In this document: positions 22,821 through 29,863 of the stretch, one piece after another | How positions within the stretch are numbered: the stretch's first letter is position 1 | Layout: every line of letters starts with the position of its first letter | DNA from: Candidatus Methanophagaceae archaeon | GTDB lineage: Archaea > Halobacteriota > Syntropharchaeia > Alkanophagales > Methanospirareceae | NCBI GenBank assembly: GCA_003194425.1 | Contig: PQXB01000001.1 | Coordinates: 790,444-822,443, forward strand | Direction: 5' to 3' | Length of the DNA: 32,000 bases | Position numbers and translations under genes: made by a program | The notes under the pieces: generated by a model | Told to the model about the DNA's origin: nothing | Database searches by the model: none | The model's input: the letters and a program-made list of their open reading frames with translations, nothing else

Positions 22821-23520
22821 GGAGGAGCTCGGAAGGGAGGTTGTGCGTTTGTTGTACGAGAAGGGGCTGATTAAGACCTGGCTTCGGGACAACCCACGCG
22901 GTTGGACGCTCGTCTCTGGCTTGTGGAGTCCCTTCTACATCCAACTGCGACCCCTCTCTTCGTACCCTGAACTGCTCGGAAAGGTAGGGCACGCGCTGGG
23001 AAGGTTGGTCAAGGAAGAATGCAAAGGCGTGACTAAAGTGGTTGGCGTGGCGATGGCAGGAATTCCGCTTGCCTGCGCAATGGCTTTGCAAGCAGGCTTT
23101 CCTGCCCTCTGGACAAGAGAAAGAGAAGGGAAAAATCTTCAAAATTACGGCGAGCACACACTCGTGGAAGGCGTGCTTGAGAACGGCGACAGGCTTGCGG
23201 TCGTCGACGATTTGGCGACGAAATTTGACTCCAAACTCGCCGCGATTGAGCAACTAAACCGCGAGGCGGAGAGGAGAGGGGTCACTGTCGAGTGTAAGCA
23301 CGCGGTCGTTTTACTTGACCGAGAGCAGGGGGCTGCTGAAGTCGCCAGTCAGCACGGCGTCTCTCTTCACTGCCTCGTCCCTTTTAAATCCGCAGCAACA
23401 GAATGGCTGAAATCTTCGCTCTCTGAAACCGAATACAAAGTCCTCACCGAGTACCTGCGGGACGAGAAGAGATTTCAGTTTAGAGAAAAAAAGTTGCGAC
23501 GATCAGACCCGACTCAATGA
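22801..23520 (+). CDS. Orotate-phosphoribosyltransferase-like type I PRTase with an atypical PRPP-binding loop
   Basis: 239 aa. WTLVSGLWSPFYIQLRPLSSYPELL resembles the OPRT F.L.SG..SP.Y.d.R motif. The PRPP motif is LAVVDDLATKFDSK instead of the usual VDDV.TTGgS. Confidence 0.6.
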   Translation: MRWKEEKEELGREVVRLLYEKGLIKTWLRDNPRGWTLVSGLWSPFYIQLRPLSSYPELLGKVGHALGRLVKEECKGVTKVVGVAMAGIPLACAMALQAGFPALWTREREGKNLQNYGEHTLVEGVLENGDRLAVVDDLATKFDSKLAAIEQLNREAERRGVTVECKHAVVLLDREQGAAEVASQHGVSLHCLVPFKSAATEWLKSSLSETEYKVLTEYLRDEKRFQFREKKLRRSDPTQ

Positions 23521-24061
23521 GTGCAGCAACAAAGAGCAGCGGCAGAACCAGCCTGAGGAAAACCCTCAAGCCAGTCTGCAACTCCCTTTTTAAACGCCTC
23601 TCCGCTCGCCGCCGCAAAACCTCGCGCCCCAGTCGCAAGCCAATTGCGGCGCTGAGCAAGAGAGCAGGAATCTCAAAAATCCCGTGCGGCACAATCGCAA
23701 GCAAGACAAACAGACCCTCCTCCTGTGCGAACCAGCCGATCAGACCGCCGTTGAGGAACGCCGAGAACAAGGGGAAGAGGCCTAACAGCGGTCCTAAAAG
23801 GATGTCAATGAAACAGGTAAAGGCGTTGTTCAAGAAAATCAGGGTGAAGACCGCCAGAAAAATTAGCCACGCAGGGTAGAGCTGCGTAAAGTCTTCTACG
23901 CCCTGGCTGAGCTTTTGAATCCACTCCAGTGGCGCACTGAAGAGTCCGCTCATAAAACCCGCGTAGCCAACGAAAATTGAGCCGACGAAGAGAGCGGAGA
24001 CGAACAAGAGGTAGAATCGAACCGAGTAAAGGTAAGCCCGCACCGACATCTCTTCTTCCAT
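23480..24061 (-). CDS. SpoIIM-like / DUF95 family integral membrane protein
   Basis: Start re-set to the ATG at 24061 (MEEEMSVRAYLYS...). The family hallmark PHGIFEIPALLLSAAIG is present. The upstream part of track ORF 23480..24298 is a 23-bp repeat array and looks like non-coding read-through. A TATA-like ttatttata lies about 25 nt upstream of 24061. Confidence 0.7.
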   Translation of the reverse strand: MEEEMSVRAYLYSVRFYLLFVSALFVGSIFVGYAGFMSGLFSAPLEWIQKLSQGVEDFTQLYPAWLIFLAVFTLIFLNNAFTCFIDILLGPLLGLFPLFSAFLNGGLIGWFAQEEGLFVLLAIVPHGIFEIPALLLSAAIGLRLGREVLRRRAERRLKRELQTGLRVFLRLVLPLLFVAALIESGLIVATFFL

Positions 24062-24127
24062 CTTGAATAATAAATACACCAAGTATAAATAAAAACGCAA
24101 AAGGAAAATGCCGTGCGGAAAAATCTC

Positions 24128-24219
24128 GTGCAGAAGGAAGGAAAGAAGGAGTGCAGAAGGAAGGAAAGAAGGAGTGCAGAAGGAAGGAAAGAAGGAGTGC
24201 AGAAGGAAGGAAAAAAGGA
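24128..24219. repeat. Intergenic 23-bp tandem repeat x4 (gtgcagaaggaaggaaagaagga)
   Basis: Units at 24128-24150, 24151-24173 and 24174-24196, plus 24197-24219 with one mismatch. Confidence 0.95.
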
Positions 24220-24374
24220 GGAAAGAGGGGAAAACTTGCTTGCGTGTTTGTTTTTGGATTTGTCTTCGCAGCACTAGGAGTAGGGGCGCCGCCCCCAACC
24301 ACGTGCCTACAGGTGCAGGGAAAGGGGTAGTAGAAGGAGAAGGAGGAGTAAAGCAAGCCTGCCGAGGTAGGAGA

Positions 24375-24400
24375 GAGTTGCAGAGAAGAGTTGCAGAGAA
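24375..24400. repeat. Intergenic 13-bp tandem duplication (gagttgcagagaa x2)
   Basis: Copies at 24375-24387 and 24388-24400. Confidence 0.95.
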
Positions 24401-24436
24401 AGGTAGAGAGAGAGGAGTTGCCGTTTTAGGCGACTT

Positions 24437-24706
24437 CTACTTGTAAACCTTTTCTCTATGCTCAAATGTGATGAAGATGATTTTATCGGCGTTTAATTTG
24501 TAAATAATTCTGAACTTTCTGACCCTAACAGAGCGGCAGTTTCGGAAAGAATATCTCAGCGGTTTGCCTATTTCTGGGTTCTCTGTAATTTTCTTGACGA
24601 CCTTTTCGAGCTCTTCTTTAAACGCACCTTTAAGCTGACGTGTGTCCTTCAAAAATTTAAGCTGACGTGTGTCCTTCAAAAATCTGTTTGTGAACTCCTG
24701 ATTCAT
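24437..24706 (-). CDS. RelE/ParE-family type II toxin
   Basis: 89 aa. C-terminal RSVRVRKFRIIYKLNADKIIFITFEHREKVYK matches the RelE/ParE pattern (R.R.g.yRiiY.i......i..i.hR...Y). It lies 12 nt downstream of the small antitoxin ORF. Confidence 0.75.
   Translation of the reverse strand: MNQEFTNRFLKDTRQLKFLKDTRQLKGAFKEELEKVVKKITENPEIGKPLRYSFRNCRSVRVRKFRIIYKLNADKIIFITFEHREKVYK
24630..24683. repeat. Perfect 27-bp in-frame tandem duplication inside the toxin gene
   Basis: ttaagctgacgtgtgtccttcaaaaat occurs at 24630-24656 and 24657-24683. It encodes FLKDTRQLK twice near the toxin N-terminus. Confidence 0.95.
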
Positions 24707-24718
24707 TTGTTCTTGTTC

Positions 24719-24946
24719 TTATTCTTGCTCCTCTCCTTGCTTGACCTTGAGCGCCTTCTCAAACTCCGCGAACCCGTAAACCCGCCCCTCTTCGATGTCC
24801 GCCAGCCCTTCCTTTATCTTCCCCGCGAACTCATTATCCAAAATTATCTCCAGCTCCTCCCGTAAAGCATCCAAATCATCTCGTATCCCTGAAATCAACC
24901 CCAGAATACCGTCAAAATCCTCCCTCTTTATTGCTATCTCTTCCAT
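24719..24946 (-). CDS. Putative antitoxin (small acidic protein upstream of the RelE-like toxin)
   Basis: 75 aa, acidic, in the classic antitoxin-first operon position. The IKEGLADIEEGRVYGFAEFEKAL segment resembles archaeal RelB/ParD-type antitoxin C-termini. Confidence 0.55.
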   Translation of the reverse strand: MEEIAIKREDFDGILGLISGIRDDLDALREELEIILDNEFAGKIKEGLADIEEGRVYGFAEFEKALKVKQGEEQE

Positions 24947-24965
24947 AAATAATTCTTAAATACTT

Positions 24966-24984
24966 TCTATAAAATTATTTTTTT
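24966..24984 (-). promoter_or_regulatory. TATA-like element for the toxin-antitoxin operon (probably a leaderless transcript)
   Basis: The minus strand reads aaaaaaataattttatag, ending about 20-25 nt upstream of the antitoxin ATG (24946). Confidence 0.3.
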
Positions 24985-25126
24985 ACGACAGAATAAATTT
25001 TTTGATAATAAAGTTCGTACTCTAATTGCTGAATGTCAGTGCTGAAGCGTCTCTAAGGGTGGGTGTTGGAAATTGCATTTGATGAAGATTTTGAGCGGTT
25101 GGATTCAAGCGGTTACCCTGAGAAAG

Positions 25127-25168
25127 GTAAAGGGGAGGGAGAGGAGTGTAAAGGGGAGGGAGAGGAGT
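25127..25168. repeat. Perfect 21-bp tandem duplication (gtaaaggggagggagaggagt x2) overlapping the right direct repeat of the TA cassette
   Basis: Copies at 25127-25147 and 25148-25168. Confidence 0.95.
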
Positions 25169-25207
25169 TGCCGTTTTAGGTTAGGCGGCTCTCCTGTTTT
25201 TTTCCTG

Positions 25208-25222
25208 TTTTTTATTTTTATT
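25208..25222 (+). promoter_or_regulatory. TATA-like A/T box upstream of hmgA
   Basis: ttttttatttttatt ends about 23 nt before the ATG at 25245. This is consistent with a leaderless or short-leader archaeal promoter. Confidence 0.3.
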
Positions 25223-25244
25223 GAAATCGTTTAAAATTTCAAAA

Positions 25245-26534
25245 ATGAAAACGTCGAGACTGTCGGGATTTTATAAGCTGAGTGCAGAGCAGCGTTTGGA
25301 GACGGTGCGGGATTTTGCGGGGCTAACAGACGAGGAAGTAAAAGTTCTTGGCAACACAGGGGCTCTCGGAGAAACCGCGGACCGGATGATTGAAAATGTC
25401 GTCGGGGCAATGCCGTTGCCACTCGGAATTGCAGTGAATTTCCGAATTAACGGCAGGGACTGCTTAATTCCAATGGCGATCGAAGAGCCTTCGGTCGTTG
25501 CAGCAGCGAGCAACGCAGCGAAGAAAGCACGGGCGAGTGAGAGCCGTGAGGGTAGGGGAGAGAGCGGCGGTTTCCAAGCGAGTTCTACTGAACCCGTGAT
25601 GATCGGGCAAATTCAATTGTCCGACGTTCCCGACCCGTTCTCCGCAAGATTCACCCTCCTCGCGAACAAGCACCGAATTTTAGAACTCGCGAACGAGAAA
25701 GACCCCGTGCTTGTGCGTCTCGGCGGCGGTGCGAAAGACCTCGAGGTGCGGGTCGTTGAAGACGACAAGTCAAACAAGCAAACCCTCGTAGTTCACCTCT
25801 TGGTAAATGTTAAGGACGCGATGGGGGCGAACGCAGTGAACACGATGGCAGAAGCGGTCGCACCTCTCGTCGAGCAACTCACGGGCGGGAAAGCGAATTT
25901 GCGGATTATTTCGAACCTCGCAACGCACAGACTCGCATTTGCAAGGGCGGTCTTCGGAAAAGAAGCAGTAGGCGGCGAGGAGGTCGTAGACGGAATTGTG
26001 AACGCCTACTTCTTCGCAAAAGCCGACCCCTACCGCTGCGCAACGCACAACAAAGGAATAATGAACGGCGTAGACGCGGTCCTGCTCGCCACGGGCAACG
26101 ACTTCCGAGCGGTCGAGGCTGGTGCGCACGCGTACGCCTGCCTCACCGGAAAATACCTGCCACTAACACGCTGGGAGAAGAACAGGGACCGCGACTTGGT
26201 CGGCACGATTGAACTACCGCTCGCAGTCGGTGTAGTCGGCGGTGCAACCTCGGTCCACCCGACCGCGAAGGTGAACCGCAAGATTCTCGGCGTGAAGACT
26301 GCGAACGAACTCGCGGAGGTTCTCGCCGCGGTTGGGCTTGCACAGAACTTCGCTGCACTACACGCTCTCGCGACCGAGGGAATTCAACGAGGGCATATGT
26401 CTTTGCACGCTCGGAATGTCGCAATCGCGGCGGGTGCCACTGGCGAAAAAATCGACCGAGTCGTGGCGGTGCTGGTGCAGGAGGGGGCAGTGCGGGTTGA
26501 CAGGGCGAAGGAAGTGCTGAAAGAGATTGGGTGA
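25245..26534 (+). CDS. hmgA: HMG-CoA reductase, class II type
   Basis: The track ORF begins at TTG 25221. I prefer ATG 25245 ([13 protein letters not shown]...). [69 protein letters not shown] and [14 protein letters not shown] are class II (Pseudomonas mevalonii / Archaeoglobus type) motifs. Confidence 0.9.
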   Translation: MKTSRLSGFYKLSAEQRLETVRDFAGLTDEEVKVLGNTGALGETADRMIENVVGAMPLPLGIAVNFRINGRDCLIPMAIEEPSVVAAASNAAKKARASESREGRGESGGFQASSTEPVMIGQIQLSDVPDPFSARFTLLANKHRILELANEKDPVLVRLGGGAKDLEVRVVEDDKSNKQTLVVHLLVNVKDAMGANAVNTMAEAVAPLVEQLTGGKANLRIISNLATHRLAFARAVFGKEAVGGEEVVDGIVNAYFFAKADPYRCATHNKGIMNGVDAVLLATGNDFRAVEAGAHAYACLTGKYLPLTRWEKNRDRDLVGTIELPLAVGVVGGATSVHPTAKVNRKILGVKTANELAEVLAAVGLAQNFAALHALATEGIQRGHMSLHARNVAIAAGATGEKIDRVVAVLVQEGAVRVDRAKEVLKEIG

Positions 26535-26552
26535 GAGAAAACGAACCGAGAA

Positions 26553-27218
26553 ATGTCAGACTACACCAACGACGCCACAGCCGTAGAGCTCACGGAGGTC
26601 ACAAAAAAATACGGCTACCTGCAGGCTTTGAAATCTGTCTCGTTGCGAATAAAATGCGGCGAGTTCGTGGCTTTTTCAGGGCACAACGGCGCGGGGAAGA
26701 CGACACTGCTGAAAATAATCGCTACGCACATTTCTCCCTCTTCGGGCAGTCTGCGGATTTTCGGCGAGGACGCACTCAAGAGCGAGACGAGGCGAGAACT
26801 GCGGCGGAGGATTGGGCTGGTAACTCATTTGAGCTTCCTCTACGACGAGTTGAGCGTTAGGGAGAACCTGTTGTTCTACGCAAGGCTGTTTGGTGCAAGA
26901 GAAGAGGACTTTCTCGGGACGGCGAAGTTTCTGGGGCTGCAGCGGTGGTACAACACACCTGTAAAGCAGCTCTCGCACGGCTTGAGGAAACGGGCGGAAA
27001 TCGTGCGAGCGTTAATTCACGACCCCGATTTAATCCTGCTCGACGAGCCTTTCTCGGGTCTGGACACCAAGACCTGCGACCTGCTTGTGGGTTACTTCAG
27101 GAGTCGTGCAGGAAAAACGCTCTTAATTTCGTCGCACTCGTTGGAGTGGTCGGAGAAGATTTGCGAGCGGCGAATTTCGCTCGAGAAGGGCAGGGTGGTC
27201 GGAGAAAATCAGTTTTAG
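26553..27218 (+). CDS. ccmA: ABC transporter ATP-binding protein, CcmA-like (heme exporter ATPase type)
   Basis: 221 aa. Walker A GHNGAGKTT, signature LSHGLRKR, Walker B LILLDEPFSGLD. The small size and the downstream CcmB-like permease support the assignment. Confidence 0.65.
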   Translation: MSDYTNDATAVELTEVTKKYGYLQALKSVSLRIKCGEFVAFSGHNGAGKTTLLKIIATHISPSSGSLRIFGEDALKSETRRELRRRIGLVTHLSFLYDELSVRENLLFYARLFGAREEDFLGTAKFLGLQRWYNTPVKQLSHGLRKRAEIVRALIHDPDLILLDEPFSGLDTKTCDLLVGYFRSRAGKTLLISSHSLEWSEKICERRISLEKGRVVGENQF

Positions 27219-27270
27219 TCCTTCAAAACCTCGCTATAATCTTTTCTTCATTCGTTAATAATAACTAACA

Positions 27271-28029
27271 ATGAAAAAAAACAACTTTTTCCAAGCAGCG
27301 TTCAGGATCGCGGAGAAGGACTTGCGGACCGAATTCCGGCGGTCTTACGAAGTCCTCTCAATCCTCTCCTTCTCGGTCGGCTCAATTCTGATCTGCAGTT
27401 TCGCGTGGAGTGGCGGTTCTGCCACTTCAGGACCAGAAGAGGCAGCCGCAGCGCTCTGGGTTATTCTCTTCTTCACGAGCATTCTCGTGTTTACAACCTC
27501 TTTTACACGCGAAGCCGACCGCGGAACGCTCGGCGGTCTAAAGACGCTGCCCTGCTCGCCGCTCGCAATTCTCTTCGGTAAAATTATTTACGGAACCGCA
27601 CTGCTTGTTCTCGTGGAGTGCGTGCTAATTCCTTCTTCGGTCGTTTTCTTAAACCTCGATTTTTTGGGTAGGGGATTTCCCGCACTCTTGCTCGTCTGCC
27701 TCTTGGGTGCGGTCGGGCTCTCGTTCGCAGGCTCGTTCGTCTCGGGGCTCGTGATGTTTTCAGAAAGCAAAACCCTGCTTCTCTCTTTTCTGCTCATTCC
27801 AGTTTCTATGCCGGTGCTAATTCCGTCGGTCGTGGCGACGCGAAAAATCGTCAGTGCTTCGGTAGCAGGCGTAGGTGTAGGAGGCGTGGGTGTAGGAGGC
27901 GTGGGCGTAGGAGGTGTGAGAGGTGTAGGGCTAACAGAAGTGCTGCCGGAGTTACGGCTGCTAACCGCTTTTCTTCTCCTGATAACCGCGATAATGGTCC
28001 TCACATTCGAGTTCGTGCTTGAAGATTAA
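27271..28029 (+). CDS. ccmB: CcmB-like ABC exporter permease (heme exporter protein B family)
   Basis: 252 aa with six hydrophobic spans. IAEKDLRTEFRR and FTREADRGTLGGLKTLPCSPLAILFGK match CcmB motifs (rDlrl..R ; f..E.e.GTle.l...P......l.gK). A (GVGVG)n insert lies near the C-terminus. Confidence 0.6.
   Translation: MKKNNFFQAAFRIAEKDLRTEFRRSYEVLSILSFSVGSILICSFAWSGGSATSGPEEAAAALWVILFFTSILVFTTSFTREADRGTLGGLKTLPCSPLAILFGKIIYGTALLVLVECVLIPSSVVFLNLDFLGRGFPALLLVCLLGAVGLSFAGSFVSGLVMFSESKTLLLSFLLIPVSMPVLIPSVVATRKIVSASVAGVGVGGVGVGGVGVGGVRGVGLTEVLPELRLLTAFLLLITAIMVLTFEFVLED
27868..27930. repeat. 15-bp in-frame tandem repeat, about 3-4 copies (ggcgt[a/g]gg[t/c]gtagga)
   Basis: Units at 27868-27882, 27883-27897 and 27898-27912, with a degenerate continuation to about 27930. 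Confidence 0.9.
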
Positions 28030-28196
28030 TTTGAATAAAGATAAAAAGAAGAATAAATTGGCGAAGAAGTAACGAAGTAACCTAAAGTGGTCTTAAGGGG
28101 TTTGGGGTCGTAGATCCCTGAGACAGGGTGCGACCTGAATAAACAGGTCATAAAGGAGGGAATAGCAGCTAAAAAATGCTGATATTGAGATAACAA

Positions 28197-29153
28197 ATGA
28201 ATATATGCATGGTATTGGGGAGTTTTTTTCCACCTGACATTCGTGTTGAGAAGGAAGCCAGAGCTTTAATCAGTGCAGGACACAGAATATTTCTTCTTTC
28301 ATTGGGGAAAAAAAGTATGCCAGCAGTAGAAGACATTAAAGGTATAAATGTTATTCGTGTTTTCCCTGCTGAGAGCTTTCTAAACAGAATGCGGAGATTT
28401 CTTTGGTTTAACATATTTTTTGACGACTCTTTCTGGAAAAGAAGTTTGGAGGGGGTTATTAAACAATATAAAATCGAGATTGTCCACGTTCATGATTTGC
28501 CGATGGTGAAAACCGCAACAACTGTTGCCAAAAAGTTCGATATTCCTATAATTGCTGATTTACATGAAAATTACCCAGAGGGAATGAGGGCTTGGAGAAA
28601 GGTAAAGATGAGTTGGAAGAGTAAAATCTTTAATCTGATTTCGCCTGTGTGGAGGTGGAAGCGATTAGAGCGGTCGGTGCTCCAGCACGTGGATAGAATA
28701 ATTGCCGTGGTTGAGGAGTCAAAGGAGCATTACATTAATGATTGTGGAGTGCCCCCTGAAAAGATAACTGTGGTGATGAATGCTGAAGACTTGGAAGATT
28801 TTGGCAATTTAGAAATAGATGAATCTTTAGTTAGAAAATATAAAAATAACTTCGTCATTTCCTACATTGGCGGTTTTGGACCTCACAGGGGAATGGACAC
28901 CGCGATTAAAGCAATGCCTGATGTTGTAGAAGAAATACCAGATGCAAGGTTGCTTCTGGTCGGTGGAAAGGGCTCGGAAGAATATGAAGAAGAGTTGAAG
29001 AAATTGTGCAAAGAGTTGAAAGTCGAAAACAATGTTGAATTTACTGGCTGGGTTGATTTTCGTCTGGTTCCTTCTTTTACCGCTTTGAGTGATGTTTGCC
29101 TTGTGCCGCATCATGCAAGTGGGCACACGAATACAACCATTCCTCACAAACTA
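28197..29153 (+). pseudogene. GT4-family glycosyltransferase, 3'-truncated (loses homology right after ...TTIPHKL)
   Basis: N-terminal FFPPDIRVEKEARALISAGHRIFLL and C-domain FVISYIGGFGPHRGMD...LLLVGGKG...VEFTGWV...ALSDVCLVPH are GT4-like. The expected continuation (P.KllEYma.G.PVi) is missing and the track ORF tail (LSLCNISYDQ...) looks like nonsense. The region is A/T-rich. Confidence 0.6.
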
Positions 29154-29533
29154 TTATCCCTCTGCAATATTTCTTATGACCAACTATTTCAAGTCGAGAG
29201 ATTTGAATCCGCCAAAAGTAACTTCTATTATAACTTCATCCGAAACTTTACTGCCAGAACATAGAACAGAGATAGAAAATTTCTGGGGTTGCAAAGTATA
29301 TGATTGGTATGGCTTAGGCGAAAGAGTCGCAGCCATAGGCGAATGTGAAGACGGCGGATTTCATATAAACCTTGAATATGGCATTGTTGAGTTTAAAGAT
29401 GTTAGTGGAAGCAACCAAAAAGAGATAATCGCGACCAGTTTTTGGAATTTTGCTATGCCTCTTATCAGATACTCTACCAGAGACCTTATAACTCCTTCAA
29501 CCAACAGCAAGTGTTCCTGCGGTAGAAGTTTAC
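29143..29533 (+). pseudogene. Internal/C-terminal fragment of a CapK / F390-synthetase-like (PaaK-type adenylate-forming) enzyme
   Basis: A different frame from the GT reads LTNYYPSAIFLMTNYF...VTSIITSSETLLPEHRTEIENFWGCKVYDWYGLGERVAAIGECEDGGFHINLEYGIVEF...IRYSTRDL...CSCGRS. This matches the middle-to-late part of CapK/PaaK-like proteins. There is no N-terminal half and no proper C-terminus. Confidence 0.55.
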
Positions 29534-29828
29534 TCACCGATCGCCTAACGCACACCCAACATCCAAAATCTTTATCTTCTTTTTCGTCGGCAGTATTGTC
29601 TTCAATATTTTGATGTAGCGGTCGTATCTGAATTTCTGTGAGCCACGCCAGTGGTGTCCCCAGCGGTCACCTTCTTCTCCAATATTCTTAAACATAGATT
29701 CAGCCACGCCAGTGGTGTCCCCAGCGGTCACCTTCTTCTCCAATATTCTTAAACATAGATTCAAACCATTCTTTAGTGCCCCCTTTCTCTCCCAAATCTT
29801 TGATATTAGATCTCTGATGTTTAGACAT
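29534..29828 (-). pseudogene. N-terminal fragment of a class I SAM-dependent methyltransferase, disrupted by a 61-bp tandem duplication and truncated after motif I
   Basis: From ATG 29828 the frame reads MSKHQRSNIKDLGEKGGTKEWFESMFKNIGEEGDRWGHHWRG and then hits TGA created by the duplication. Collapsing the duplication restores ...GSQKFRYDRYIKILKTILPTKKKIKILDVGCALGDR (motif I), which stops at the junction with the CapK fragment. Confidence 0.6.
29641..29762. repeat. Perfect 61-bp tandem duplication
   Basis: agccacgccagtggtgtccccagcggtcaccttcttctccaatattcttaaacatagattc occurs at 29641-29701 and 29702-29762. Confidence 0.95.
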
Positions 29829-29863
29829 TTTTTTGACCCAATTTTCATGCTAACAGCTTGAAA

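Larger units (their letters stand above)
24410..25180. mobile_element. Candidate inserted cassette: RelE/ParE-type toxin-antitoxin pair plus an A/T-rich promoter segment, bounded by 21-bp perfect direct repeats
   Basis: gagaggagttgccgttttagg occurs at 24410-24430 and again at 25160-25180. Both copies are also preceded by gagaaaggta (24396-24405 and 25120-25129). No integrase or transposase lies inside. Confidence 0.35.

Noticed and set aside
21948-22874. 308-aa + strand ORF spanning the tRNA-Ser gene and the antisense of moaE
   Set aside because: It runs through a well-folded tRNA and the antisense of the 12-bp repeat array (SVPV repeats). Only its last ~32 codons matter, as the out-of-frame upstream ATG created by the 22-bp duplication.
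24062-24298. N-terminal 79-aa extension of track ORF 23480..24298, and the overlapping ORFs 23805..24356 (-) and 24108..24446 (+)
   Set aside because: The extension is a translation of the 23-bp tandem repeat array. A good internal ATG (24061) with an upstream TATA-like box gives a protein that starts where DUF95/SpoIIM homology would begin.
25078-25121. Possible C/D-box sRNA (TGATGA at about 25080, CTGA at about 25118)
   Set aside because: Only about 42 nt separate the putative C box and D box. No internal D'/C' boxes are present and no terminal stem. The spacing is incompatible with archaeal C/D sRNA architecture.
28100-28125. ggggtcgtagatccc hairpin near the island border, considered as a tRNA T-arm remnant (integration-site scar)
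   Set aside because: The loop sequence tcgtaga does not match the TTCRAAT T-loop consensus, and no adjoining acceptor-stem sequence is present.
29534-29848. Track ORF of 104 aa treated as an intact small gene
   Set aside because: It is an artefact of frame-hopping across the 61-bp duplication. The upstream part (MKIGSKKCLNIRDLISKIWERKGALKNGLNLCLRILEKKVTAGDTTGVAE) is an out-of-frame reading of sequence that, in the frame from ATG 29828, gives a sensible methyltransferase N-terminus.
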